Shown here: positions 9,033 to 17,838 of the stretch, piece after piece
How positions within the stretch are numbered: position 1 is the first letter of the stretch
Layout of the letters: every line of letters starts with the position of its first letter
Assembly: GCF_000284455.1 (NCBI RefSeq)
Contig: NC_017039.1
Location: 1,680,001-1,712,000 of the forward strand
From: Synechocystis sp. PCC 6803 substr. PCC-P
Lineage (GTDB): Bacteria; Cyanobacteriota; Cyanobacteriia; Cyanobacteriales; Microcystaceae
Length of the DNA: 32,000 bases
Direction: 5' to 3'
Translations under genes and position numbers: made by a program
The notes under the pieces: generated by a model
What the model was told of the DNA's origin: nothing
Seen by the model: the letters and a program-made list of their open reading frames with translations, nothing else
Database searches by the model: none

Positions 9033-9962
9033 ATGCGGATTTTGGTTACCGGGGGAGCAGGATTTATCGGTTCCCATCTTATTGATCGCTTGATGGCCCA
9101 GGGCCACGAGGTTCTATGCCTCGATAACTTTTACACCGGCACCAAACGCAACATCGTCCAATGGTTAGATAATCCCAATTTTGAGCTCATCCGCCATGAC
9201 GTTACCGAGCCCATTCGCTTGGAAGTCGACCAGGTTTACCATTTAGCCTGCCCCGCTTCCCCCGTCCATTATCAGTTCAATCCCGTCAAAACCATCAAAA
9301 CTAATGTGATGGGCACTTTATACATGTTGGGTTTGGCTAAGCGGGTCGGAGCAAGGTTTTTGTTGGCATCCACCTCGGAAGTGTATGGCGATCCCGATGT
9401 TCATCCCCAACCGGAAAGCTACCGGGGCAATGTTAATACAATTGGTCCAAGAGCCTGTTACGACGAAGGAAAACGGGTAGCGGAAACCCTGGCTTTTGAG
9501 TATTACCGAGAGCACAAGGTTGATATCAGAGTAGCGCGGATATTCAATACCTATGGACCACGTATGTTGGAAAACGATGGTCGGGTGGTGAGTAACTTTA
9601 TTGTGCAGGCGCTACAGGGTAAACCCCTCACTGTGTTTGGCGACGGCTCCCAAACCCGCAGTTTTTGTTACGTATCCGACTTAGTGGAAGGCCTAATGCG
9701 CCTCATGAATGGGGATTACGTCGGGCCGGTTAATTTGGGTAATCCGGGGGAATATACCATATTGCAACTGGCAGAAAAAATCCAGAATGCCATTAACCCC
9801 GATGCAGAGTTAATTTATCAACCCTTACCGGAGGATGATCCCAAACAGCGGCAACCGGATATTACGTTGGCGAAAACTTATTTAGACTGGCAACCGACCA
9901 TTCCCCTAGATCAAGGTTTGGCAATGACTATCGAAGATTTCAAATCTCGCCACGAAGGATGA
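9033..9962 (+). CDS. NAD-dependent epimerase/dehydratase, UDP-glucuronate decarboxylase-like (annotated rfbB in some genomes)
   Basis: '[40 protein letters not shown]', '[28 protein letters not shown]', '[10 protein letters not shown]' and '[13 protein letters not shown]' are typical of UXS. The track ORF starts at 8976; start may be 8976, 9006 or 9033. Confidence 0.9.
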   Translation: MRILVTGGAGFIGSHLIDRLMAQGHEVLCLDNFYTGTKRNIVQWLDNPNFELIRHDVTEPIRLEVDQVYHLACPASPVHYQFNPVKTIKTNVMGTLYMLGLAKRVGARFLLASTSEVYGDPDVHPQPESYRGNVNTIGPRACYDEGKRVAETLAFEYYREHKVDIRVARIFNTYGPRMLENDGRVVSNFIVQALQGKPLTVFGDGSQTRSFCYVSDLVEGLMRLMNGDYVGPVNLGNPGEYTILQLAEKIQNAINPDAELIYQPLPEDDPKQRQPDITLAKTYLDWQPTIPLDQGLAMTIEDFKSRHEG

Positions 9963-10470
9963 TTAATCACGACCGCCTCTTTAAGGAACTTTTGACAATT
10001 TTTTTTGCAGAGTTCCTTTAGCAAAAGTTCAGATTGCTCCCCCCGACCGCGTCAAAGTTAAGGCTGAATGTTTGCGACTATTGGTAACCCTCAAGCTAGA
10101 TCCGGCTAGAATGCAATTAATCTCTGGCTTTGTGGACACCTATCTCACCCTTAACCAAGCGGAAGAGACAATTTTTAAAGAAGCTATCGCTGAATTTTCC
10201 CCCCTGGAACAGGAGGACGTTATGCAGTTAACAACCAGTTGGATGCTTCAGGGCATTGAACAGGGCATCGAACGTGGACAAAAATCTCTGCTACTCAAAC
10301 AAATTAGACATCGTTTTGGAGAGTTGAATGCAGTTAATTTGTCGAGGATTGACATTCTCACAGTGCCTCAATTGGAACAGTTGGGAGAAGTGCTGTTGGA
10401 CTGCTCTGATTTCGCAGAATTAGAACAATGGCTAGCGGCCCAATCTGAAACACCTGAGCGAAAAATTTAG
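9959..10470 (+). pseudogene. Rpn/DUF4351-family (PD-(D/E)XK nuclease-like) protein with large internal deletion and frameshift
   Basis: From ATG at 9959 (overlapping the upstream TGA): [20 protein letters not shown], the typical family N-terminus. From about 10021 another frame reads 'AKVQIAPPDRVKVKAECLRLLVTLKLDPARMQLISGFVDTYLTLNQAEETIFKEAI...', the typical family C-terminal part with DUF4351-like end. The nuclease core between them is missing. Confidence 0.8.
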
Positions 10471-10520
10471 TGAATTTCCAGAGGTGGATGTTGCCATGAA
10501 TGTTCCCAAAGAATCAGGTT

Positions 10521-11360
10521 TCAACCATCGGCTTCCAATTCCAAACTGAGTTGATAAAGTTGCCGACGGGGCAGTTTAGTTTCTTCTGCCAATTGCCGAC
10601 TAGCCTGGGAGCGAGTTAACCCTTTAGCCATTAAACTTCTCAATTCGTCCCGTAGATTTTCTTCAGAGAAGCTGGGCCTGTCCTCCGGTGTAGCCCCGGC
10701 AATGACTAAGCAAAATTCTCCTTTCGGTGTATTTTCCGTAAAGTAGGCGATCGCCGTTTGGAGAGTGCCCCGCCAAAATTGCTCATGGTATTTAGTTAGT
10801 TCTCTAGCTACGGTTAAGCTGCGTTCTTGGCCCAAAAAGGTCTGTAAATCGGTCAACGTGGCCAATAAACGGTGGGGCGCTTCGTAGAGAATAATGGTTC
10901 GCTCTTCCTGGGCCAGACTTTGCAACAATTGCTGTCGAGGCCGGTTTTTGGTAGAGAGAAAACCTTCAAACACAAAGCGGTCAGTGGCTAAACCAGAACT
11001 AATTAAAGCCGCAATTAAAGCCGTTGCCCCAGGAATAGGTATCACTTCAATATTTGCTTCTCCGCAGGCCGCCACCAACTCCTGTCCTGGATCGGAAATA
11101 CCGGGAGTGCCCGCATCACTCACCAAAGCAATATTTTGCCCCGCTTGTAATTTGGCCAATAGCTCCTGGGTACGGCCATGGCGATTGTGGTCATGGTAAC
11201 TAATTTGGGGCGTAGTGATTTGGAAATGTTGTAGTAATTTCCCCGTATGTCTGGTATCTTCCGCCGCAATCAGATCCACCGTTTGCAATGTTTCCACTGC
11301 CCGAGGAGTCATATCCCCTAAATTGCCAATGGGAGTGGCCACCAAATAAAGAATGCCCAT
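10521..11360 (-). CDS. rsmI: 16S rRNA (cytidine-2'-O)-methyltransferase RsmI
   Basis: 'MGILYLVATPIGNLGDMTPRAVETLQTVDLIAAEDTRHTGKLL' and 'LVSDAGTPGISDPG' are diagnostic. Confidence 0.96.
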   Translation of the reverse strand: MGILYLVATPIGNLGDMTPRAVETLQTVDLIAAEDTRHTGKLLQHFQITTPQISYHDHNRHGRTQELLAKLQAGQNIALVSDAGTPGISDPGQELVAACGEANIEVIPIPGATALIAALISSGLATDRFVFEGFLSTKNRPRQQLLQSLAQEERTIILYEAPHRLLATLTDLQTFLGQERSLTVARELTKYHEQFWRGTLQTAIAYFTENTPKGEFCLVIAGATPEDRPSFSEENLRDELRSLMAKGLTRSQASRQLAEETKLPRRQLYQLSLELEADG

Positions 11361-11596
11361 TAAAGCCCCAAGTTTTCTTCTTTTCTAGCTTTAAAGGAAG
11401 CCCTTAACCAGATGGTGCCGGAAATGAGGGAAGGAGCTAAGACAAAAATAGTGCCGGTAATAATGGGATGTTGTCTGGCGGTTTCCGAGGAAAGCATCAC
11501 CGCCAAAATGAAGGCGCAATAGAGCACGCCTAGCAGGGGGATTCCCATTACCAAGAGGGCAAATTTCGTATCCTTATCCATGGCCATAGGAGTCAA
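11360..11596 (-). CDS. Small two-TM hypothetical membrane protein
   Basis: 'FALLVMGIPLLGVLYCAFILAVMLSSETARQHPIITGTIFVLAPSLISGTIWL'; stop overlaps the rsmI start by 1 nt, suggesting coupling. Confidence 0.7.
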   Translation of the reverse strand: MTPMAMDKDTKFALLVMGIPLLGVLYCAFILAVMLSSETARQHPIITGTIFVLAPSLISGTIWLRASFKARKEENLGL

Positions 11597-11654
11597 AGTC
11601 TTGAAAGAAAACTAGCAATAATGCCATTGTAGAAACTATTTTCCCTCGCAATAC

Positions 11655-12566
11655 TTAAAACATTCCTTCGTTTACGTCAACTTGTACTAACTTTGTCACC
11701 GAATCTAATAGGTTTGGCTGGTTAGCATCAAACCAGTGGATTGCCGAATCTTTGCGGAACCAAGTGCGCTGACGTTTGGCAAATTGCCTGGTGTGGACAA
11801 TGATGGACTCCGTCGCTTGAGTTAACGATATTTGACCTTGGAGATATTGTTTAATCTCAGCGTAACCAAGGGTATGGAGCAGGGGTAGGTCTTCCCCATA
11901 CTGATTGATTAAACCCTCAACTTCCTTCACTAACCCCGCCTCAACCATGGCATGGGTACGGTGAACAATTCTGGGTTGGAGTTGCTCCGGTTCCAGACCT
12001 AAACCGATTTGCACAATGGGATAACTGGGGGGATTTTCCCCTTGTAGGCTGGAAATGGGTCGCCCAGTGGCATAGAAAACTTCCAAAGCCCGCAGGGTCC
12101 GCACCACGTCAGCGGGTTCAATTTTGCTTTGGGCTACGGGGTCCACTTGACTTAAAAGTTGATAACAAAAGGGTTGGCCGAGGTTAGCTAACTGTTCACG
12201 TAAATTGGTCTGGGGTGGAACAGCAGGAATTTTTAACCCCTTGACGATCGCCTGGATGTATAAACCAGTGCCGCCTACCAGCAGAATCGGTTGGTTTAAT
12301 GACGCAATCAACTCCTGGGCTTGCCGTTGGTATTCCGCTAGGGTGAAGTTTTCCGTTGGTTCACAAATGTCAATCAGATAATGGGGTACCGTTTGGCGAT
12401 CGCCAAGGGTGGGTTTAGCGGTGCCAATGTCCAATTCTTTATAAATTTGCCTGGAATCGGCCCCCAAAATAACTGCGTTTAACCGCTGGGCTAGATCAAG
12501 GGCTAGTTGGGATTTCCCACTGGCGGTGGTGCCACAAATAACAATCAGGGGCGGAACTTTGGCCAT
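11655..12566 (-). CDS. miaA: tRNA dimethylallyltransferase MiaA
   Basis: 'VICGTTASGKSQLALDLAQRL' (P-loop), 'ADSRQIYKELDIGTAKPT', 'LVGGTGLYIQAI' and 'HTRQFAKRQRTWFRKD' are diagnostic. Confidence 0.97.
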   Translation of the reverse strand: MAKVPPLIVICGTTASGKSQLALDLAQRLNAVILGADSRQIYKELDIGTAKPTLGDRQTVPHYLIDICEPTENFTLAEYQRQAQELIASLNQPILLVGGTGLYIQAIVKGLKIPAVPPQTNLREQLANLGQPFCYQLLSQVDPVAQSKIEPADVVRTLRALEVFYATGRPISSLQGENPPSYPIVQIGLGLEPEQLQPRIVHRTHAMVEAGLVKEVEGLINQYGEDLPLLHTLGYAEIKQYLQGQISLTQATESIIVHTRQFAKRQRTWFRKDSAIHWFDANQPNLLDSVTKLVQVDVNEGMF

Positions 12567-12573
12567 GGGTACA

Positions 12574-13689
12574 CTACTGGGCCAAAAGGCGATCGAGATC
12601 CGGCACAGCCACCCAGTGCTTTTCTTGATGGGCTTGCTTGGTCAAATCCATTAATAGTTGGGAGTAAACCCCATGGCGCAAAGATGGTGTGGGGGTTCTT
12701 TTTTGGTTAATACTTTGCACCCACTCATCTACTACCCGGACAACGGGAGCAAGGCGGCCATCGGCAAATACTTTGGGGAAATCTAAACGGGTCGGCACCG
12801 TCAATTCCTGCATGGGTTGCCCCACAGGATGGTGGAAAATTCTAAAGCCATGGACGTAATCTTTAAGATTGTCACTGCCTAGTACTAAACTCCCCTTTTC
12901 ACCATAAATCTCCAACCAATGGCCGCGACCACCATGGGCTACAGAGGTAATATTTATTTGGCAGGGAACGTCATTGGCCAAAGTTAAACTGATTAGCGCC
13001 GTATCTTCCGCCGTCACTGGCTTCAAACGATTATTGTCCAGGGGATCAGGCCGTTCGGCGATCGCCACACTTAAATTAGCTGCTAAACTCTGAGCCGGGC
13101 CAAATAGCCAATGGAGATAGTCAAAGGTATGGGAAGCCAACGCCCCCAAAGCACCGCCCCCCTTTTCCCTTTGGGCATACCAATTCCAAGCCCGGTTGGG
13201 GTTGGCCCTACTACCCACCAACCAATCCACTTTGATCAGTTTCAACTGCCCTAAAATTCCCTGCCCCAAAAGTTCCGCCACATATTGCCAAGCAGGGACA
13301 AAACGAAATTCAAAATCCGGTATTACCTGCACTTCCCGTTGCCGGGCCAGATGGTATAGTTCAATGGTTTCCTCCACCCTTAATGTCATGGGCTTTTCCA
13401 ACAACACATGTTTCCCCGCCAAAATGGCCTGCTTAGCCATTTCATAATGGAGAAACGGTGGGCTGGCAATGGTAACTGCTTGAACTTCCGGGTTAGCCAG
13501 CAATTCTTCCAGATTGTTGTAGCTATAGGCTAGATCGTTGGATTTAGCCACCTCCTGGGCTTTAGCCAAATCCCGATGGTAAATGGCGATCGCCTGGGTC
13601 TGCTGATGATATTGCAGGGCGGGAATATGCACAGCTTGGCCAAAGCCGGTACCAATGACAGCGACGGTTAGGTTTGGGGATTTAGTCAT
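12574..13689 (-). CDS. Gfo/Idh/MocA family oxidoreductase
   Basis: 'VAVIGTGFGQAVHIPALQ', 'AVTIASPPFLHYEMAKQAILAGKHVLLEKPMTL' and 'GGALGALASHTFDYLHWLFG' are typical. Confidence 0.92.
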   Translation of the reverse strand: MTKSPNLTVAVIGTGFGQAVHIPALQYHQQTQAIAIYHRDLAKAQEVAKSNDLAYSYNNLEELLANPEVQAVTIASPPFLHYEMAKQAILAGKHVLLEKPMTLRVEETIELYHLARQREVQVIPDFEFRFVPAWQYVAELLGQGILGQLKLIKVDWLVGSRANPNRAWNWYAQREKGGGALGALASHTFDYLHWLFGPAQSLAANLSVAIAERPDPLDNNRLKPVTAEDTALISLTLANDVPCQINITSVAHGGRGHWLEIYGEKGSLVLGSDNLKDYVHGFRIFHHPVGQPMQELTVPTRLDFPKVFADGRLAPVVRVVDEWVQSINQKRTPTPSLRHGVYSQLLMDLTKQAHQEKHWVAVPDLDRLLAQ

Positions 13690-13744
13690 GGGTAATGCTC
13701 AAAGTTTGAAGGGGACAGAGAAACAGATTTTAATTTGCTGAATT

Positions 13745-14611
13745 TCAACTATCCGATGTTATTTTTTCTGAGCCACCAACAACAAAGGTATGCTTCCCAG
13801 AAGATGCGATTTTAATTAAGGTTTCTAGATACTGCAGGAACTTAATATTTTGATCATCTCCTATTAATTGGGAAGCATTTTTTAACGCCCTAGCGGTGGC
13901 AACTGCTGTGCGGGCATTTTCCAAATCCGTTTGACCTCTAATTTTGGCTTCTAACTGAAGAGCAAAAAGAGTTTGGATATTTTTGGGAAAAGTAATATCC
14001 CTTAATTTCATTGCTTCAATCATAACCCCAAATTTTTGGGCTGATTCTTGCAATTCATCCGGAATATTGGGGATGAAAGCTTCCCATTGCTCATTAAGCT
14101 CAAGGCTGTTAATTACACTAATAGCACTACGCCAATAAATTTGGGTTAGAGGATGAATCAGAGTTTGAATCATACTTGCTAGCCCTTCGATGTATCCCAT
14201 TTGGGCAGGATCAATATAGGTCAACAATTTCTGACCGTCTGTAATTCTATAATTGACAATGTAAGAAAAACGTAGAGGAATATTATCTTTGGTTAATACT
14301 TCTTGATTTGTAACAATAAAGAACTGGTCAGAACGGGGAATCAGGAAAAGTTCCAATTCTGAGCGAAAATCCCAAAAGGAGTAAATACCCGGTTCTAAAG
14401 TTTTTTCAAAGCAATTTTTTCTATACAAAAGCCCAAGGCAATTAGGACGAACGGAGAAACGACGACACCAAATTAGACTGCGGGATTCAGTTCTCGGATT
14501 GAGCCCTAAAAGGTTTTGATAGCGAGCTTGTCGTGCCATGGAAATGATCGTTTTAGCCCCAGGCAAAGGTAAGGACAATCCCCAACTACGACGGAACAAA
14601 GGTTGAGCCAA
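13745..14611 (-). CDS. SPFH/Band 7 (slipin-like) domain protein
   Basis: 'LEPGIYSFWDF...FIVTNQEVLTKDNIPLRFSYIVNYRITDGQKLLTYI' and 'GVMIEAMKLRDITFPKNIQTLFALQLEAKIRG' resemble the SPFH/band 7 domain. Confidence 0.75.
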   Translation of the reverse strand: MAQPLFRRSWGLSLPLPGAKTIISMARQARYQNLLGLNPRTESRSLIWCRRFSVRPNCLGLLYRKNCFEKTLEPGIYSFWDFRSELELFLIPRSDQFFIVTNQEVLTKDNIPLRFSYIVNYRITDGQKLLTYIDPAQMGYIEGLASMIQTLIHPLTQIYWRSAISVINSLELNEQWEAFIPNIPDELQESAQKFGVMIEAMKLRDITFPKNIQTLFALQLEAKIRGQTDLENARTAVATARALKNASQLIGDDQNIKFLQYLETLIKIASSGKHTFVVGGSEKITSDS

Positions 14612-14913
14612 GACTGAAAATCTTGCCGGTATCCCCCCTATTGCAGGTCTGCGTTGAGTTGAGTCTTTTACACTCGATCGCCAGCTTCGCCTGGGTATTT
14701 TTTATGGAGTAGGTTAACAACCCACGATGTTTGGAGACTTACCCCGCAATACCCTGTCTGAATGTAAGTCCCCGAGGTAAAGTACCTATGGCGGCAGGTG
14801 ACGGTTGCTGACATTCCATCCTACAACGCCCCTTTGCAATGATCTACTCAAACTTGGCATTTAAAAATGGAAAGTCATACCCGCCAGCAAAAAAATTACA
14901 ATCGTTTATTTAA

Positions 14914-15825
14914 TTATTTAATGGCCGCCAAATCAGCTTTGTCCTGCTCAATGACAGACTTTAAACGAGAAACGGCGGTGGAACGGGAATCTTCTCCAGC
15001 TCGACGGTAGAAATATAAAGCTGGAGCAACCCCCAATAAAAAGCCGAGGAAAATGGGAGGATAAATGTGGGCTCCAATGCTCATCACCATGGCAAAGCCA
15101 AAATTGCCCAGATACATAGCCAAGGGTAGGGAAAAGTCCGCTTCGGGAATTTCAACTTTATTGACCCGCCAAATGATGGTGGCCACCGTCATAAATATCG
15201 CCCCGGTGCAAAACCAACCGGCAAAGTTTTGGTAGGGCATGCCGAAAAAGGCCCCGGGTACATCCCAGACCCAAAAGGGCATGGTGGTTTGGCTCATGGC
15301 GGGGTCCAAAACAAAATCCCAGGACATCAACAAAGTCGCCCCCACGGCGATCGCCGTCAATTCTTGCCCTAGGCGGGGTAAATTGCTATGACGTAAACCG
15401 GCTCTGACCAAAAGATAGGAGCAAAATCCTAGGTAAAACCAGGAAAGGGGAATGGTAAAGGGGACTAAACCGGCGATTTTGTAGCCCAATCCCGATAGAT
15501 AGCGGTAGTAACCAAAGGGAAAACCAGTGCTGGTCCCCAATAATTCAGCAGAAACGGAAATACCCAGGGCGGGAATCAAAAATCCGAGGGTAGGCAAAAG
15601 CCCCAGGGTGCGGAATGCATAAACAGCCACAGCGGCAAAGCCCAGCAGCATGTAGGCCACGCCACCACCAGCCATAGACCATTGAAAAGCGACTTGGCCA
15701 ATGGGAGGCAAATGGGCGATGAATTCCGGGTGGGGTAATACTAGTAATAACCCCGCCAAGCCAAAAGCCATGGAGCCGATATGGCCAATCAGCAATAGCC
15801 GCTCAATCCGCATTAGTTTTTCCAT
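14914..15825 (-). CDS. cruF: Carotenoid 1',2'-hydratase-like membrane protein CruF (gamma-carotene 1'-hydroxylase)
   Basis: Polytopic membrane protein with 'STGFPFGYYRYLSGLGYKIAGLVPFTIPLSWFYLGFCSYLL' and 'SWDFVLDPAMSQTTMPFWVWDVPGAFFGMPYQNFAGWF', conserved in the CruF/DUF422 family; cruG lies nearby. Confidence 0.85.
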   Translation of the reverse strand: MEKLMRIERLLLIGHIGSMAFGLAGLLLVLPHPEFIAHLPPIGQVAFQWSMAGGGVAYMLLGFAAVAVYAFRTLGLLPTLGFLIPALGISVSAELLGTSTGFPFGYYRYLSGLGYKIAGLVPFTIPLSWFYLGFCSYLLVRAGLRHSNLPRLGQELTAIAVGATLLMSWDFVLDPAMSQTTMPFWVWDVPGAFFGMPYQNFAGWFCTGAIFMTVATIIWRVNKVEIPEADFSLPLAMYLGNFGFAMVMSIGAHIYPPIFLGFLLGVAPALYFYRRAGEDSRSTAVSRLKSVIEQDKADLAAIK

Positions 15826-16038
15826 TCAGTCTCTACCGCTAAAACTACATTCAAATTCTAAGTCATTATAGTTTACAAATCTTTACCAGGAGCGGTGGGT
15901 TAATTGATGGTGGGCCACTGGAAAGGATGTTTAAAAGGTCTGGATTTATCCTCTAAATTCCCCAAGGTTGAGGGACTTTAACTTAAATTCACCTTAAATT
16001 TTGAGGAATCGAGGGGCCTCCCCAACTTCCCCTAAGCT

Positions 16039-16941
16039 CTATTGGCGAGTCCCAGGTGGCACGGTGGGCCAGCCGCTTTTCAGAGGTGTTGTGGGAGTTT
16101 GTTTAAACTCATCCAGGGCCGGATTCGGTAATTCCCCTGGGGTAAGGGATTTTTGACTTTCCAGCCAAGCTTGGTAGTCGGACAAAGATTGCACCACCAC
16201 GGGAGCTGTCATGACGGCAAAGTAGGTGCCGCTAAATTGAGAGTCGTGGAGCTTATATTCCCCCAAACGATTGGGCGTAAAACTAAATTCAATTTCTCGG
16301 TTGGGCACAATGTCCTGTTTAATGCGGAAATTAGGCACGTAAAACCCATGGAGCACATCTTTGGAGGTCATATTCAATGTTACCCGGCGATCGAGGGGCA
16401 AATGCAATTCATGGCTAGTTACCCCCCCATTGGGATAGGTGAAAGTCCACAGCCATTGTTTAACTTCTACGCCAATCCTTTCGGGGTTAATATTGCTTCC
16501 TTGGGCCATGGCTAGTTCCGCTGGAGCATCGGCGGCGATCGCCTTTTCCCCCAGTAATTGAGGCACTTCCACCACGGGTAAGGGGCCGAGCACATTCATT
16601 CGTTGGTAAATGACATAGCTATACCAAGCAATCCAGGTCACCAAAATAATCGGCACCACTGTCCAAAAAATTTCCAAACGGGCATTACCCCGGATCGGTG
16701 CCCCCTGGGGATTCTGCAGGCTGAATCGATGGAAAATAACCGAGTATGCCATGGCCCCCGCCACTCCCAAAAAGACCACGCTACCAAGGCTGACCAAAAA
16801 ACTAAACAAATCCCCCACAGGTTGTGCCTCCTGGGCGGCGGCAGGGGGTAGCCATTGGTAAGCTCGCTGTCCCAACCACAGACTAGCTCCCACGGTAAAA
16901 ACAATGTAAACCGCCAATAGGATGAGATTTTTGCGACTCAT
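16039..16941 (-). CDS. ctaC: Cytochrome oxidase subunit II homologue lacking CuA ligands (alternative respiratory terminal oxidase type)
   Basis: Two N-terminal TM helices, 'WTFTYPNG', 'HGFYVPNFRIKQDIVPNREIEFSFTPNRLGEY'. The canonical CxExCGxxH segment is replaced by 'KLHDSQFSGTYFAVMTAPVVV'. Confidence 0.9.
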   Translation of the reverse strand: MSRKNLILLAVYIVFTVGASLWLGQRAYQWLPPAAAQEAQPVGDLFSFLVSLGSVVFLGVAGAMAYSVIFHRFSLQNPQGAPIRGNARLEIFWTVVPIILVTWIAWYSYVIYQRMNVLGPLPVVEVPQLLGEKAIAADAPAELAMAQGSNINPERIGVEVKQWLWTFTYPNGGVTSHELHLPLDRRVTLNMTSKDVLHGFYVPNFRIKQDIVPNREIEFSFTPNRLGEYKLHDSQFSGTYFAVMTAPVVVQSLSDYQAWLESQKSLTPGELPNPALDEFKQTPTTPLKSGWPTVPPGTRQ

Positions 16942-17011
16942 AGTTAATCACTCTGGTTAGCCGTGGTCTAATGGGGAAGCTAGATTAGCTTAGTCTGCCA
17001 AAGGCAGAAAT

Positions 17012-17794
17012 TTGGTTGCTGTGGAAACATCAAAGCCGGGTTGTGGTTTAGCCCTGGATAATGACAAGCAAAAACCTTGGTTAGGCCTAATGATAGGCAA
17101 CTCCCGTCTGCACTGGGCATATTGTAGCGGCAATGCTCCCCTGCAAACCTGGGTTACAGATTACAACCCCAAGTCAGCTCAGTTGCCGGTTTTGTTGGGG
17201 AAAGTTCCTCTGATGTTGGCATCGGTGGTACCGGAACAAACCGAAGTTTGGCGAGTATATCAGCCTAAAATTTTGACCCTGAAGAATCTTCCCCTGGTCA
17301 ATCTTTACCCCAGCTTTGGCATTGACCGGGCCCTGGCTGGTTTAGGGACGGGGCTGACCTACGGCTTTCCCTGTCTAGTGGTTGATGGAGGCACTGCTTT
17401 GACCATTACAGGGTTTGACCAAGATAAAAAACTGGTGGGGGGAGCGATCTTGCCCGGTTTGGGATTGCAGTTAGCAACCCTTGGCGATCGCCTGGCGGCC
17501 CTACCGAAGTTAGAAATGGATCAATTAACCGAGTTGCCTGACCGTTGGGCTTTAGATACCCCCAGCGCCATTTTTAGTGGTGTTGTCTATGGCGTGTTGG
17601 GGGCATTGCAGAGTTATCTCCAGGATTGGCAAAAGCTTTTTCCTGGTGCCGCCATGGTTATCACCGGGGGAGACGGCAAGATATTACATGGCTTCCTAAA
17701 AGAGCATTCTCCTAATCTTTCGGTGGCCTGGGATGACAATTTGATCTTCCTCGGTATGGCGGCCATACACCACGGCGATCGCCCCATCTGTTAG
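17012..17794 (+). CDS. coaX: Type III pantothenate kinase (CoaX)
   Basis: 'LGLMIGNSRLHWAY', 'GIDRALAGLGTG', 'CLVVDGGTALTITGFD' and 'GGAILPGLGLQLATL' match the CoaX fold motifs. Confidence 0.88.
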   Translation: MVAVETSKPGCGLALDNDKQKPWLGLMIGNSRLHWAYCSGNAPLQTWVTDYNPKSAQLPVLLGKVPLMLASVVPEQTEVWRVYQPKILTLKNLPLVNLYPSFGIDRALAGLGTGLTYGFPCLVVDGGTALTITGFDQDKKLVGGAILPGLGLQLATLGDRLAALPKLEMDQLTELPDRWALDTPSAIFSGVVYGVLGALQSYLQDWQKLFPGAAMVITGGDGKILHGFLKEHSPNLSVAWDDNLIFLGMAAIHHGDRPIC

Positions 17795-17838
17795 GGTTAG
17801 GGGTCGGCATTGTTATAGCTACGGGAGGTTAAATCGGG

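Noticed and set aside
13745-15825. SPFH gene plus adjacent unexplained gap as a possible defence or membrane-stress system
   Set aside because: SPFH proteins are common housekeeping membrane proteins; neighbours are metabolic genes and no effector, nuclease or nucleotide cyclase partner is present.
16153-16515. 120-aa plus-strand ORF antisense to ctaC
   Set aside because: Fully antisense to a strong gene, with no independent evidence of coding.
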